In this document: one piece after another, positions 29,016 through 39,390 of the stretch
How positions within the stretch are numbered: position 1 is the first letter of the stretch
Layout of the letters: each line of letters opens with the position of its first letter
NCBI GenBank assembly: GCA_014802625.1
Contig: JAAVBX010000005.1
Location: 125,879 to 189,878, forward strand
DNA: 64,000 nucleotides
Source of the DNA: a bacterium
Lineage (GTDB): Bacteria > Bacteroidota > Bacteroidia > Bacteroidales > Muribaculaceae
Direction: 5' to 3'
Translations under genes and position numbers: made by a program
The notes under the pieces: model-generated
The model's database searches: none
Seen by the model: the letters and a program-made list of their open reading frames with translations, nothing else
What the model was told of the DNA's origin: nothing

Positions 29016-29618
29016 ATGAAAAGAATCAGTAGAATCCCGAAAGCTCTCCCGGGGCTTCTCGCAGTGACGGCGCTGAGTGGTTGCGGAGCCAAGAATGGCG
29101 CCGATAGCGACCGTGCGGGCGAATTCGCCGGAATGGATGACCGCGCCAAGATGCAGTATATGATGCAACGTGTCGCTCCCGACTCGGTGGCGCGGTTTAT
29201 CTGCGATGCCGCTCTCGGCAAAATCGAGGGAGTGCGGATCGACACCCTCTCCATGGCCGCGCTCTACGCCTATGAGAATTATAAGGATGCCGACCTGCAG
29301 ACCTTCCAGATAGCCTACGATACATATGCCGACAATCTCCCTCTTCCCGACAAGATGCACCTGCGCAAGCTCGCCGCCAGCGATAATCCCGATGCGCTCG
29401 GCTATCAGCTGGGACTCGAATACGTCAACGATATCCGCACAGGGCGGATGACGGGGGAGGAAATCGAGGCCGAAATCGCCGCGTTCAAGAAAGTCTGCGA
29501 CGCCAGCCCGGAAGATTCTTTGACTTTCCGCCGCTTCATGACCGGCTTCAAGGTGGCCCTCGACAAGGATGGCTCCGAGGGTATACCGAAATCAATATAT
29601 GAATCCTACAGTAAATAA
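29016..29618 (+). CDS. Hypothetical lipoprotein
   Basis: Lipobox LSGC; first gene of an operon. Confidence 0.75.
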   Translation: MKRISRIPKALPGLLAVTALSGCGAKNGADSDRAGEFAGMDDRAKMQYMMQRVAPDSVARFICDAALGKIEGVRIDTLSMAALYAYENYKDADLQTFQIAYDTYADNLPLPDKMHLRKLAASDNPDALGYQLGLEYVNDIRTGRMTGEEIEAEIAAFKKVCDASPEDSLTFRRFMTGFKVALDKDGSEGIPKSIYESYSK

Positions 29619-29620
29619 AT

Positions 29621-30589
29621 ATGAAAAGAATATCTGAATACGCCGTCGAGGTAGAATCGGCGATCCGCGAACTCGGCATCGGCTCACGCCGTCCCGAATC
29701 ACTCTACGCTCCCATTGAATATGCACTTGAGGCCGGGGGCAAACGCATCCGGCCCGTGCTCCTGCTGATGACGGTCGACGCCTTCGGCGGAGATGTGGAG
29801 GCTGCCATGGCCCCGGCGCTCGGCATGGAGATATTCCATAACTTCACGCTGCTCCATGATGACGTGATGGATGACTCCGAGACACGCCGCAACCGCCCGA
29901 CTGTCTTCAAGAAATATGGAGAGAATGCGGCCATACTCTCAGGCGACACTATGCTCGGACTGGCAGAGAAGCAGATGATGCAGGTGCCCGATGCAGTGCT
30001 GCGCCGTGTGATGGAGACGTTCAACCGCATGTCGGTGGAGGTCTACGAGGGACAGGCTCTCGACATGGAGTTTGAAACGCGCGATGACGTCACGCCGGAT
30101 GAATACGTCAACATGATCCGTCTCAAGACAGGCTCGCTTCTCGGCGCATGCGCTGAAATCGGCGGCATACTATCCGGATGCAATGATAAAGTATGCGCCA
30201 AACTCCGCGAATATGGCGAGAACCTCGGCATCGCATTCCAAATAGAGGATGACTGGCTGGATACCTTCGGCGACTCGGCCACCTTCGGCAAACCGATCGG
30301 CGGCGATATCAATCAGGCTAAGAAAACCTTCCTCTATGTCAGCGGCATGTCTGCTTCCGCAGAGGAGGCGAAAGCCCTTAAGATGGGCATGGAGCTTCCG
30401 GCCGGTGACATGCGCGTGAAGACTGTCACCCGCATATACGAGAAGATGCACCTCGACGAGAGCTGCCGCAAGGCTGCCTCCTCCTATAGCGCCAAGGCCC
30501 TCAAGGCCGCCAAGGCAACCGGACTTCCCGAGGAGCGCCTCGAATCATTCAAATATCTTCTCGACCGTCTCTCCGGACGTAAAAAATGA
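29621..30589 (+). CDS. Polyprenyl diphosphate synthase (IspA-like)
   Basis: GGKRIRP, LHDDVMD..RR, GQALD, FQIEDD. Confidence 0.93.
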   Translation: MKRISEYAVEVESAIRELGIGSRRPESLYAPIEYALEAGGKRIRPVLLLMTVDAFGGDVEAAMAPALGMEIFHNFTLLHDDVMDDSETRRNRPTVFKKYGENAAILSGDTMLGLAEKQMMQVPDAVLRRVMETFNRMSVEVYEGQALDMEFETRDDVTPDEYVNMIRLKTGSLLGACAEIGGILSGCNDKVCAKLREYGENLGIAFQIEDDWLDTFGDSATFGKPIGGDINQAKKTFLYVSGMSASAEEAKALKMGMELPAGDMRVKTVTRIYEKMHLDESCRKAASSYSAKALKAAKATGLPEERLESFKYLLDRLSGRKK

Positions 30590-31368
30590 TCGATACCCAC
30601 ACCCATCTATATCTTAGAGATGATTTCCCCGACGGGGGGTCCGACGCTGTCCGTCGGGCCCTCGACGCGGGAATCAGCCATATGGTGCTGCCGAATGTGG
30701 GGCTGACCTCGATGGAGGATCTTTTAAGTCTTCACGCCCTTCATCCGGATGTGACGAGTATCGGGGTCGGTCTGCATCCCGAAGAAATCGACGCCGACTG
30801 GCGTCCCCGTTTGGAGGATGTGTTCGCACGTTTCGCGGATGAAGGACCCGTGGCGGTAGGGGAGGTCGGCATCGACCTCTATCATGATCCGACCTACCGA
30901 TTCCAACAAATGGATGCCTTCGGAGATCAGCTTGACCGTGCCTACACAATGGGGCTGCCCGTCATCATCCACTGCCGCGAGGCTCTCGACGATACGCTGG
31001 ACGTAATTCGCATGATGGGCGACCGCAGGCCGGAACGACTCGTATTCCACAGTTTCACCGGAAATCCGGCGGATGCCCGGCGTATTCTGGCACTCCCCGG
31101 CACATATCTCGGCATAAACGGTGTCGTCACCTTCAAGAACGCTCCCGAGTTGAGGGAAGCGGTGGCGGAGGCCGGGGCCGGTCGGCTGGTGCTTGAGACA
31201 GATTCGCCGTATCTCGCACCGGTGCCCAAGCGCGGACGCACCAACGAGTCGGCCTACATCCCCGATATACGCGACCGCATTGCGGAAGTCTGCGGGCTGC
31301 CCCCTGCGGAGGTGGAGGCCGTAACCGACGCCAACGCGCGCTCCATATTCAATCTATCATCTTCATAA
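30586..31368 (+). CDS. TatD family hydrolase
   Basis: IDTHTH, GLHP, GEVGID, IIHCRE, ETDSPY. Confidence 0.93.
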   Translation: MIDTHTHLYLRDDFPDGGSDAVRRALDAGISHMVLPNVGLTSMEDLLSLHALHPDVTSIGVGLHPEEIDADWRPRLEDVFARFADEGPVAVGEVGIDLYHDPTYRFQQMDAFGDQLDRAYTMGLPVIIHCREALDDTLDVIRMMGDRRPERLVFHSFTGNPADARRILALPGTYLGINGVVTFKNAPELREAVAEAGAGRLVLETDSPYLAPVPKRGRTNESAYIPDIRDRIAEVCGLPPAEVEAVTDANARSIFNLSSS

Positions 31369-31372
31369 CCAC

Positions 31373-33424
31373 ATGACATTTCCTTCGGACTTCCTGACAT
31401 TACCGCTGACGCAGCCCGTAGTGATCATCACTCTCGTGCTGGTCATTATCCTATGCGCCCCGATACTGTTCAGTCGTCTGAAGATTCCCAATATCGTAGG
31501 TCTCATTCTGGCCGGTGTGGCGGTAGGACCCTACGGTTTCAACCTGCTCGCGCGAGACGCGAGTTTCGAGATTTTCGGCCAAGTCGGCATACTGTATCTG
31601 ATGTTTCTGGCGGCCGTGGAGATCGATATGTACCACCTGAAGCGCAATTACCGCAGTGGTGTCGTCTTCGGACTCGTGACCTTCCTGCTGCCGATGGCCG
31701 TCGGCATCCCCTTGACGAAATTCGCCCTCGACATAAGCTGGACATCCTCGGTGCTGATTTCATCGATGTATGCCTCGCATACGCTGATTTCCTATCCGGT
31801 GGTCAGCAAGTTCGGGCTGACCAACAACCGGGGAGCCGTGATTGCCGTCTGCGGCACGATCGTGGCTGTCCTGCTCGCCCTTCTTGCGTTGGCCGAGGTT
31901 GTGGCTGTCAGGGTTTCGGGCCATTTTGACGTAGGGTCGCTATTCTGGTTGCTCCTTCTGATGGGGATATATGCAGTGGGAGTGGGGTGGAGCTTTCCGA
32001 AGCTTACGCGATGGTTCTTCCGCAAGACGAGTGATTCCGTGATGCAGTTCATCTTCATCCTGACGCTCGTGCTCATAGCCTCCACACTGGCAAAAGTAAT
32101 CGGACTCGAATCGATTTTAGGGGCTTTCTACGCGGGTCTCGTGCTGAATCCCTTCATCCCTTCGAGGTCAGCGCTGATGAACCGCATATCATTTGTCGGC
32201 AACGCGATATTTATCCCATATTTTCTGATAGGAGTCGGGATGCTCATAAATGTCCACGTAATATTCCGAGGCTGGGGAGTGGCGTGGGCGGCCGGAGTGA
32301 TGACCCTCACGGCCCTCGTGACCAAATGGGTGGCGGCGTGGGGTAGCCAGCGGATGATCGGTCTCGGCTCGAATGAAAGACGTCTGATGTTCGGGCTGTC
32401 ATCGGGCAAGGCCGCCGCCACGATTGCGGCGACCATGATAGGCTACCAATATGGCTTGCTGACAGAGGATATGATGAACGGCGCGGTGGTGATGATACTC
32501 GTCTGCTGCATCGTGGCCTCCGTCACGACAGAGACTGCCGCCAAATCGATCCGCATATCCCTCACGGCAGCCGCCCTTGACAACGAAGCTCCGCGACGTG
32601 TCGGGTTCGCCCGGCAGATAGTGGCTGTCAGCAATCCGCTGACGGCTGAAGGTATCATGCGGATGGCCGTCTTCATGCGTAGTCCGCTGAATACGGAGAC
32701 CATCACCGCACTTTTTGTGCGCCGCAGCGACAATCCCGAGCTACTTCGCGACGGGCGTCAGTCGCTCAATCTGGCTATGGCGGCCGCCGAGGCGGTCGAT
32801 GTCCCGTGTCGACAGGTGGAGAGATTCGATCTCAACATCATGGCCGGGGTGACCAACGTAATGCGGGAGCACCACGCCACGGAGGTAGTCATAGGTTTGC
32901 ATCGGCGCACGAATATCGTCGACAGTTTCTTCGGCAGTATGATTGACCAGCTGATGCGATCCACCAACCGGATGATCATCATGGCGCGTTGTTTTATCCC
33001 GGTCGATACCGTGCGCCGGATATTCGTCTACGTGCCGCGCAACGCGCAGTATGAGAGCGGATTCTCCGACTGGATAGCGCGCATAGGGAATCTGGCGTCG
33101 CAGTTGAGCTGCCGGGTGCATTTCCTTTGCCAACCGGTGACAGGGGAATATATCGAGGCCCACGTCGCAGAGGGGGGCTACGCCTTCAGCCGGCAGTATG
33201 CGCCGATGGAGAACTGGGATGACTTCATCATCCTCTCCTCGCAGGTAGGGGAGGAGGACCTGCTGATTGTCATAGGTGCCCGGAAGGGGTCGGTGTCCTA
33301 TACGGGCGACTATGAGAATATGCCCTCGTTCCTCGGTCGCAACTTCCGCAATCATAATATAACTCTCGTGATACCGTCCCAGTTTGATGGAAAGGTCAAC
33401 ACCGATTCACTCAATCCCCGGTAA
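31373..33424 (+). CDS. Cation:proton antiporter (CPA2) with USP-like C-terminus
   Basis: GLILAGVAVGP, LGAFYAG, multiple TM helices. Confidence 0.88.
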   Translation: MTFPSDFLTLPLTQPVVIITLVLVIILCAPILFSRLKIPNIVGLILAGVAVGPYGFNLLARDASFEIFGQVGILYLMFLAAVEIDMYHLKRNYRSGVVFGLVTFLLPMAVGIPLTKFALDISWTSSVLISSMYASHTLISYPVVSKFGLTNNRGAVIAVCGTIVAVLLALLALAEVVAVRVSGHFDVGSLFWLLLLMGIYAVGVGWSFPKLTRWFFRKTSDSVMQFIFILTLVLIASTLAKVIGLESILGAFYAGLVLNPFIPSRSALMNRISFVGNAIFIPYFLIGVGMLINVHVIFRGWGVAWAAGVMTLTALVTKWVAAWGSQRMIGLGSNERRLMFGLSSGKAAATIAATMIGYQYGLLTEDMMNGAVVMILVCCIVASVTTETAAKSIRISLTAAALDNEAPRRVGFARQIVAVSNPLTAEGIMRMAVFMRSPLNTETITALFVRRSDNPELLRDGRQSLNLAMAAAEAVDVPCRQVERFDLNIMAGVTNVMREHHATEVVIGLHRRTNIVDSFFGSMIDQLMRSTNRMIIMARCFIPVDTVRRIFVYVPRNAQYESGFSDWIARIGNLASQLSCRVHFLCQPVTGEYIEAHVAEGGYAFSRQYAPMENWDDFIILSSQVGEEDLLIVIGARKGSVSYTGDYENMPSFLGRNFRNHNITLVIPSQFDGKVNTDSLNPR

Positions 33425-33452
33425 GAGATCCTTCAAAAAAACTGATGAAAAT

Positions 33453-34142
33453 ATGATAGATTCAGGGAAAGACACAAGTCGTGAAAAACATTTCGGCATA
33501 TTGATATCGCGTAGGCCCGCAATCCTCGTTGCCGTTACGGCGATTCTCATTCTCTCCGGCTCATGCTCCGGCAAGGGGGGAGAGAAGAAAGGGGAATCCG
33601 CGCATCCGGACACTCCGGCAGTCGTCACGCCGGAGCAAGATGTGACACCCTCCGATATAATCCTTACGCCGGATGGAATAGGCCCGGTAAGGATCGGCAT
33701 GTCGACCGACAGCATTCCCGAGCGTTGCCCCGGAATCTACGACAGCGTGGTGGCTGAAGAGGGCTATGAATCCAATTCATATCTTTTTCTCGAAGAGGGG
33801 AGAGCCGTATTCACCGCCTATGAATTTACCCCCGGAAGAATAGACGTGATCGGAGCCGAGTCTCCCAGGGTGGTTGTAGCCGCACCTGAGGATATCTTTC
33901 TCCGTCTCGGTGGAGAATTCCGAGGAGTGCTCGGATTGCCCGGAGTCAAAGCCGATTGGGAGCATGTCGACAGTGAGGGAATGTGGTGCTGGAGCTGGCG
34001 TGGAATCTGGTTTCAGCCCGACCAGAGCCATCTTCCCGAGGGACTCGGCAATAAACTCTATAATGATAAAGAGATACCGACGGCCGATCTGTTTACCTCC
34101 GACGTAAGAATCGGATATATAGGTACGGGTCTTCCCTGGTAA
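33453..34142 (+). CDS. Hypothetical lipoprotein
   Basis: Hydrophobic stretch plus SGSC; GIGPVRIGM. Confidence 0.65.
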   Translation: MIDSGKDTSREKHFGILISRRPAILVAVTAILILSGSCSGKGGEKKGESAHPDTPAVVTPEQDVTPSDIILTPDGIGPVRIGMSTDSIPERCPGIYDSVVAEEGYESNSYLFLEEGRAVFTAYEFTPGRIDVIGAESPRVVVAAPEDIFLRLGGEFRGVLGLPGVKADWEHVDSEGMWCWSWRGIWFQPDQSHLPEGLGNKLYNDKEIPTADLFTSDVRIGYIGTGLPW

Positions 34143-34169
34143 TCTTCCCCGATAATAAAGAATAAATAA

Positions 34170-34886
34170 ATGTGGCAGACTATATATAATGATCTCAACT
34201 CCCTTGATGTGACGCTGCTCAATTCGGTGTTCCGCATGTTGCTGAGCATGACGCTCGGCGTAGTGATCGGAGCCGAGCGGAAACGCAAGGGGCAGATAGC
34301 CGGCATACGCACATTCGCCCTCATCACGATGGGGGCATGTCTGGCCATGCTGCTATCCATATATGTCCCGCAGGTCTATATGGGACTCAAGAACGGTGAT
34401 CCGGGTCGAATAGCGGCACAGGTCATCACCGGAATAGGTTTCCTCGGTGGCGGCGCGATGATAAGGGCCAAGGGTTCGGTGAAAGGACTGACGACAGCCG
34501 CCGGAATCTGGATTTCAGCCATCATCGGGATGGCTGTCGGAGTCGGCATGTACGTCGTGTCGGTCGGCACGACGGCGTTGATTCTCATGGTGCTCGTCAT
34601 GTTCGACTGGTATGAACATAAAATGAGCGTAGGCGCCGAGAGCAAGGCAATCAATCTGAAAATACGCGGTATCATCACCGACCTCGAACCATATAAGAAG
34701 GTGCTTCGGGCCAATAGAGTCCACCTGAGCACATACTTCGTGGAGTATAACTACGAAAAAGACTCCACCGACCTCAACCTCCTTGTGCTCGGCCACTCCC
34801 ATGCCGATTTCCTTCCGGTCATCGCTGCGTTGCGGATGGTGGAGCCGACCGTATCGATAACCCTTTCATCACAAGCCGATATATGA
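34170..34886 (+). CDS. MgtC/SapB family protein
   Basis: IGAER..AGIRT, DPGRIAAQVITGIGFLGGG, GLTTAA. Confidence 0.93.
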   Translation: MWQTIYNDLNSLDVTLLNSVFRMLLSMTLGVVIGAERKRKGQIAGIRTFALITMGACLAMLLSIYVPQVYMGLKNGDPGRIAAQVITGIGFLGGGAMIRAKGSVKGLTTAAGIWISAIIGMAVGVGMYVVSVGTTALILMVLVMFDWYEHKMSVGAESKAINLKIRGIITDLEPYKKVLRANRVHLSTYFVEYNYEKDSTDLNLLVLGHSHADFLPVIAALRMVEPTVSITLSSQADI

Positions 34887-37093
34887 ATACCAATGCCCTT
34901 ATAGGCGATCTCGCCTGGATTCTGTTGCTCGGATCCATAGTCACCCTGCTTTTCAAGAAACTCAAGCAGCCTGTTGTGCTCGGCTATATACTGGCCGGCT
35001 TCCTGGCGAGTCCGAAATTTACATATCTTCCATCCATATCCAATCTGGAGAATATAGAATTCTGGGCGGAATTGGGTATCGTCATTCTTATGTTCTGTCT
35101 CGGACTGGAGTTCAGCTTCAAGAAACTGTTGAATTCAGGAAGTTCGGCGATAGTGACGGCGCTGATAATCATCACCGGCATGACCCTGGCCGGATTCGGC
35201 GTCGGATGTCTGCTTCATCTCAACACCATCAACTGCATCTTCTTGGGGGGCATGATTTCGATGTCGTCGACGACGATTATTCTCAAATCGCTGACCGACT
35301 TGGGATTGAGGCAGAATAAATTCGCCACGATGGTATTGTCGGTGCTCATCATCGAGGACCTCTTCGCGGTGCTTATGCTCGTGTTGCTGTCATCGCTTGC
35401 TATGGGAGATGTGAAGGGGATGGAGTTGCTGTTCAGCGTCGGCAAGTTACTCTTCTTCCTCATCATATGGTTTATCGTCGGGGTGTATGTCATCCCCTCG
35501 ATGCTCGTGAGATTGAAGGGATATCTCAACAACGAGACCCTGCTGGTAGTCTCGATGGCCCTGTGCTTCGCGATGGCGGTATTCTCGGTCAGCTGCGGAT
35601 TCTCCCTTGAACTCGGAGCCTTCGTGATGGGGTCGATTCTTGCCGGGACGATGGCCGCCGAGCGTATAGAACATGTGGTGGTGCCGGTAAAGGATCTCTT
35701 CGGTTCCGTATTCTTCATCTCCGTCGGCATGATGGTAGACCCCGTCGTGCTTGCGACATACTGGGGGGAGATACTCATACTGGCGGTAGTCGTGATCGTA
35801 GGTATGATAATCTTCGGCACACTCGGAATGCTCGTGACAGGCCAGTCGTTGAAGGTGGCTATGGAGAGCGGATTCACCTTGACGCAGATAGGCGAGTTCT
35901 CCTTCATCATCGCCTCGCTCGGCATGAGTCTGGGGGTTCTTGAGCCGAGTCTCTACCCGATAATCGTGGCCGTCTCCGTGATAACTATCTTCACCACACC
36001 CTACTTCATCAAGATGGCCAAGCCGGCCTATAATCTGGTGCTTCCGCGACTGCCGAAGGGACTCCATTTCCTTATCGACCGCTATTCCAAGCAGACCGCC
36101 GATTCCAGCGAGACGAAGCGTCTGTGGCGTGAGATACTCGGGCGATATATGTGGCGCATAGTGCTTTATTCCGTCATCCTGTTGGCCATCATCCTCGTGT
36201 CGCGTGAATACTTCTTCCCCTTCATGGAGGGAATGTTCCATGAGTGGGGGCATCTGGCGGCAACGGTGCTTACGCTTGTGGCGATGTCCCCCTTCCTGGT
36301 GGCCCTGTCGTTCAGCAGCACAAAACCCGATGAACGGATGAAACTGCATCAGACCGCTTCGTTCTACGATGTTCCGCTCGTGGCGATGCGGATAGTGCGC
36401 TATGTCGTGGCGATGATGTTTACGGTATATTTCGTGACTCTGAGCTATCGTCCGGTGGTGGGCTGGATAGTCGGGGTATGCTTCTTCATGCTGATTCTCA
36501 TATTCGCTTCGAGCAAACTCATGTCGAGATATAAAAAGATGGAGGATCGCTTCATGGATAACCTCAACATACGCGAAAATACCCGCTCGGGACGCAACAA
36601 CAACCTTGTCGACGACCTTCACCAGGCTTATATACAGGTTGGCCCCAACAGTATATTCGTGGGCGACCGACTGAAGGATTCCGGCTTGAGGCATGACTAT
36701 GGCGTAAGCGTCTCAAGCATACAGCGCGGGCAGATGATGATTCCGCTGCCCGGTGGTGATACCCGCATCTTCCCCGGCGACATATTGGGAGTCATAGGCA
36801 ATGACGAACAGATAAAGGCCCTCAACGATGACATCGAGCGCGACGAACAGAACTTCTCGGAGCGCATAGTGCCATTCAAGCATGTGGAATTGCGCAGCAT
36901 CCTTCTGACTCCGAATTCACCCATAGTCGACGTTCCGCTCCGCGATACCAACATCCGCGATGATTTCCGGAGTATGCTCATCAAGGTGCACCGCAACGGC
37001 GACTACTTCGAGCCGCGTCCCGACACCATCCTTCGTCCCGGCGACGTCATCTGGGCAGTCGGTGACGCCGACTACCTCCCCCGTATGAAATAA
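34883..37093 (+). CDS. CPA2 antiporter with TrkA-C domains
   Basis: SMSST, IEDL, QIGEFSFI, two RCK-C repeats. Confidence 0.9.
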   Translation: MNTNALIGDLAWILLLGSIVTLLFKKLKQPVVLGYILAGFLASPKFTYLPSISNLENIEFWAELGIVILMFCLGLEFSFKKLLNSGSSAIVTALIIITGMTLAGFGVGCLLHLNTINCIFLGGMISMSSTTIILKSLTDLGLRQNKFATMVLSVLIIEDLFAVLMLVLLSSLAMGDVKGMELLFSVGKLLFFLIIWFIVGVYVIPSMLVRLKGYLNNETLLVVSMALCFAMAVFSVSCGFSLELGAFVMGSILAGTMAAERIEHVVVPVKDLFGSVFFISVGMMVDPVVLATYWGEILILAVVVIVGMIIFGTLGMLVTGQSLKVAMESGFTLTQIGEFSFIIASLGMSLGVLEPSLYPIIVAVSVITIFTTPYFIKMAKPAYNLVLPRLPKGLHFLIDRYSKQTADSSETKRLWREILGRYMWRIVLYSVILLAIILVSREYFFPFMEGMFHEWGHLAATVLTLVAMSPFLVALSFSSTKPDERMKLHQTASFYDVPLVAMRIVRYVVAMMFTVYFVTLSYRPVVGWIVGVCFFMLILIFASSKLMSRYKKMEDRFMDNLNIRENTRSGRNNNLVDDLHQAYIQVGPNSIFVGDRLKDSGLRHDYGVSVSSIQRGQMMIPLPGGDTRIFPGDILGVIGNDEQIKALNDDIERDEQNFSERIVPFKHVELRSILLTPNSPIVDVPLRDTNIRDDFRSMLIKVHRNGDYFEPRPDTILRPGDVIWAVGDADYLPRMK

Positions 37094-37111
37094 TCCGATA
37101 TCAATCGCAAT

Positions 37112-37139
37112 CAGAGCCTCCCCAAGCGGGGAGGCTCTG
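37112..37139 (+). terminator. Hairpin at operon end
   Basis: cagagcctcccc-aagc-ggggaggctctg. Confidence 0.65.
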
Positions 37140-37419
37140 CCACCTAAATTGGTGTCACCATTCACCAATCAACATCAATAATAACATATATAAAATTCGT
37201 ATCTGCTCGTATTTATAATGAGGGATGGGATCTAAAAAAACTCAATCCCGAAATCTTCCACAAAAATATCTAAGTCGACAATACAACACAAATATACGCA
37301 TAGAATAGAAGTTTTGATTTATAAATTCGGGCATAGTTCACACTTCATCTAATGATAAACCACCACATAATACCGGTTGAGATGTATAGTGATTCGAAAA
37401 ATTCACTTAACTTTGTAAA

Positions 37420-39195
37420 ATGAAACCTAACCCAATAGAAAATTCAAGTAATGTCATGCACGCTCTAAAAAATACCATAGTCACATTGATATCCCTATTC
37501 CTCTCCCTCCAATCCTATGCCGCATTAAAGACTGCATCCAAGATAATGCCGTTCGTAGAAGATACGGCAGAAGAATTGTTTGAAAAAGCCCAGGCATATC
37601 AGAAAAGTTCAAAACTTGACAGCGCGCTTATATGCTATTCAATGCTTGTTGAAACCTACAGGAACACGAACGATATGGCCACTCATGAGATAGTCGGGAA
37701 AAGTCTGTCAGAGATGGGGCAATGTTATTATATCAATTATAGGGACAATATAAGGGCATATCAATGTCTTGCTGAAGCACAGACAATCTTTGAGAAGAAC
37801 AATAACATGAAGGAATGTTCATTGGTTCTACTTAATCTCGGTAATTTATTCAATATGTATGATTATATATTCCCGGCAAAGGATAAATCCTCACTGAAAC
37901 GCAGTCGGGAGTTATATGAGAAATCATTACAGATGAGTATTGCGTCTAAAAGCTGGGATATTGTATGTTCCGCCTACATCAATATGGCTATGATGAGCCT
38001 GCCCTTCAGTATTGATAAACAATTGAACGATAAGACAAGAGATATTCTAAGGGATTCCATTCCTCCCAAAACGATGGATTACCAGTTTACTAACTTGCTT
38101 TGCGTCGGCACTGATGCGTTGGCTGAGGGTAATTTCGATGATGCGAGAAAGGCCTTCATAGAGATGCGCGATTCCATTGGGTTATCCGCTCCTCGTGAGA
38201 AATACATGGCTGATGTATGCTTGTCTGCCGTTGCTCTTGCCGAGAAGAAGTATGATGAAGCGATTGACTGTATTCGCTGGATACTTATGGATAATAGTGG
38301 AGTCAGTGATTCAGATGTACATATGGAGGTGTATGATTTGCTGGCAAAATATAGTTCGTTTGGGGGTAATCAAACAATGTCGGACTATTATCGGATAAAA
38401 TACTTTGAGGCAAAAGATTCGTTGATGCGGGATGTTGTGGCGCTTGAACCGACACGAATAGAACTGGAACTGGATGACATCAAACAGAATGCCCGAAAAA
38501 TAGAGGAGGAGCGTCAGTTGATTTGGCTTTGGCTGATTTTTTCGCTCATTATCGTTGTAGGTTTATCCATCGTGTCATTTATTATTACAAGAAAAAATAG
38601 GGATTTGAAATTAAAGAATAAGGTTATTTTCGATCAGCTTCAGCCATTGTTGCATATCCAACCATCTGCATCTGTCATCAAAAAAGAGGAGAAAGAATAC
38701 GAAGAAAAAGAGTTGAAACAAAATATAGAAATTGCTGAAGAATTGGAATCATCAAAGTCAGATGAGCCGGACAAAGCAGAGGAAGGAGAAGCTAAGAGAA
38801 AATATCGCGATAGTTCGATGACCGATGAGACCCGGCATATGTTGATTGGAAAGATAGAGGAGGTTTTGGGGAACATGGATAAAATATGTGATAGTAATTT
38901 TTCACTTCAAAAGTTGACGTCTCTTGTCGGTTCGAATACAAGCTATATATCACGTATAGTCAATGAACACTATGGAATGTCATTTGGCAATCTTCTCAAC
39001 CGTTATAGAATTCAGGAGGTGTGCAGAAGAATGGCAGATTCTGAGGAGTATGGTCATCTTACGATAGAGGCAATCAGTGAATCAGTCGGGTTTAATACAA
39101 GGGCGACGTTTGTAAAAGCTTTCCGTCTGAATATAGGTATGCTTCCATCAGAATATATGCGTCTTCTTAAGAAAGAATCTGAAAATAAGGATTAA
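37420..39195 (+). CDS. Membrane-anchored TPR-AraC transcriptional regulator
   Basis: TPR-like N-terminus, TM helix, NTSYISRIVN..FGNLLNRYRI..TIEAISESVGF HTH. Confidence 0.9.
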   Translation: MKPNPIENSSNVMHALKNTIVTLISLFLSLQSYAALKTASKIMPFVEDTAEELFEKAQAYQKSSKLDSALICYSMLVETYRNTNDMATHEIVGKSLSEMGQCYYINYRDNIRAYQCLAEAQTIFEKNNNMKECSLVLLNLGNLFNMYDYIFPAKDKSSLKRSRELYEKSLQMSIASKSWDIVCSAYINMAMMSLPFSIDKQLNDKTRDILRDSIPPKTMDYQFTNLLCVGTDALAEGNFDDARKAFIEMRDSIGLSAPREKYMADVCLSAVALAEKKYDEAIDCIRWILMDNSGVSDSDVHMEVYDLLAKYSSFGGNQTMSDYYRIKYFEAKDSLMRDVVALEPTRIELELDDIKQNARKIEEERQLIWLWLIFSLIIVVGLSIVSFIITRKNRDLKLKNKVIFDQLQPLLHIQPSASVIKKEEKEYEEKELKQNIEIAEELESSKSDEPDKAEEGEAKRKYRDSSMTDETRHMLIGKIEEVLGNMDKICDSNFSLQKLTSLVGSNTSYISRIVNEHYGMSFGNLLNRYRIQEVCRRMADSEEYGHLTIEAISESVGFNTRATFVKAFRLNIGMLPSEYMRLLKKESENKD

Positions 39196-39206
39196 ATTCC
39201 AACTTG

Positions 39207-39260
39207 CAACAAATGTAAACGCCGGGGAGTATATCCACTCCCCGGCGTTTACATTTGTTG
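39207..39260. repeat. Perfect 24-bp inverted repeat
   Basis: caacaaatgtaaacgccggggagt-atatcc-actccccggcgtttacatttgttg. Confidence 0.85.
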
Positions 39261-39390
39261 TCTATTAGGGGGTATTTGTAGAAGAATTTATAAATATAAA
39301 CATAAATATGGAAGTGTTTTAATAATAAAACGTGTCACATTTCATAATTTTGCTTCAGTGTTTAGCTAATCTTTCAAACATTATCAACGT

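Noticed and set aside
28673-29254. 193-aa ORF (and 28594-28821, 20116-20307)
   Set aside because: Overlap the tRNA or att sequence; no protein motifs
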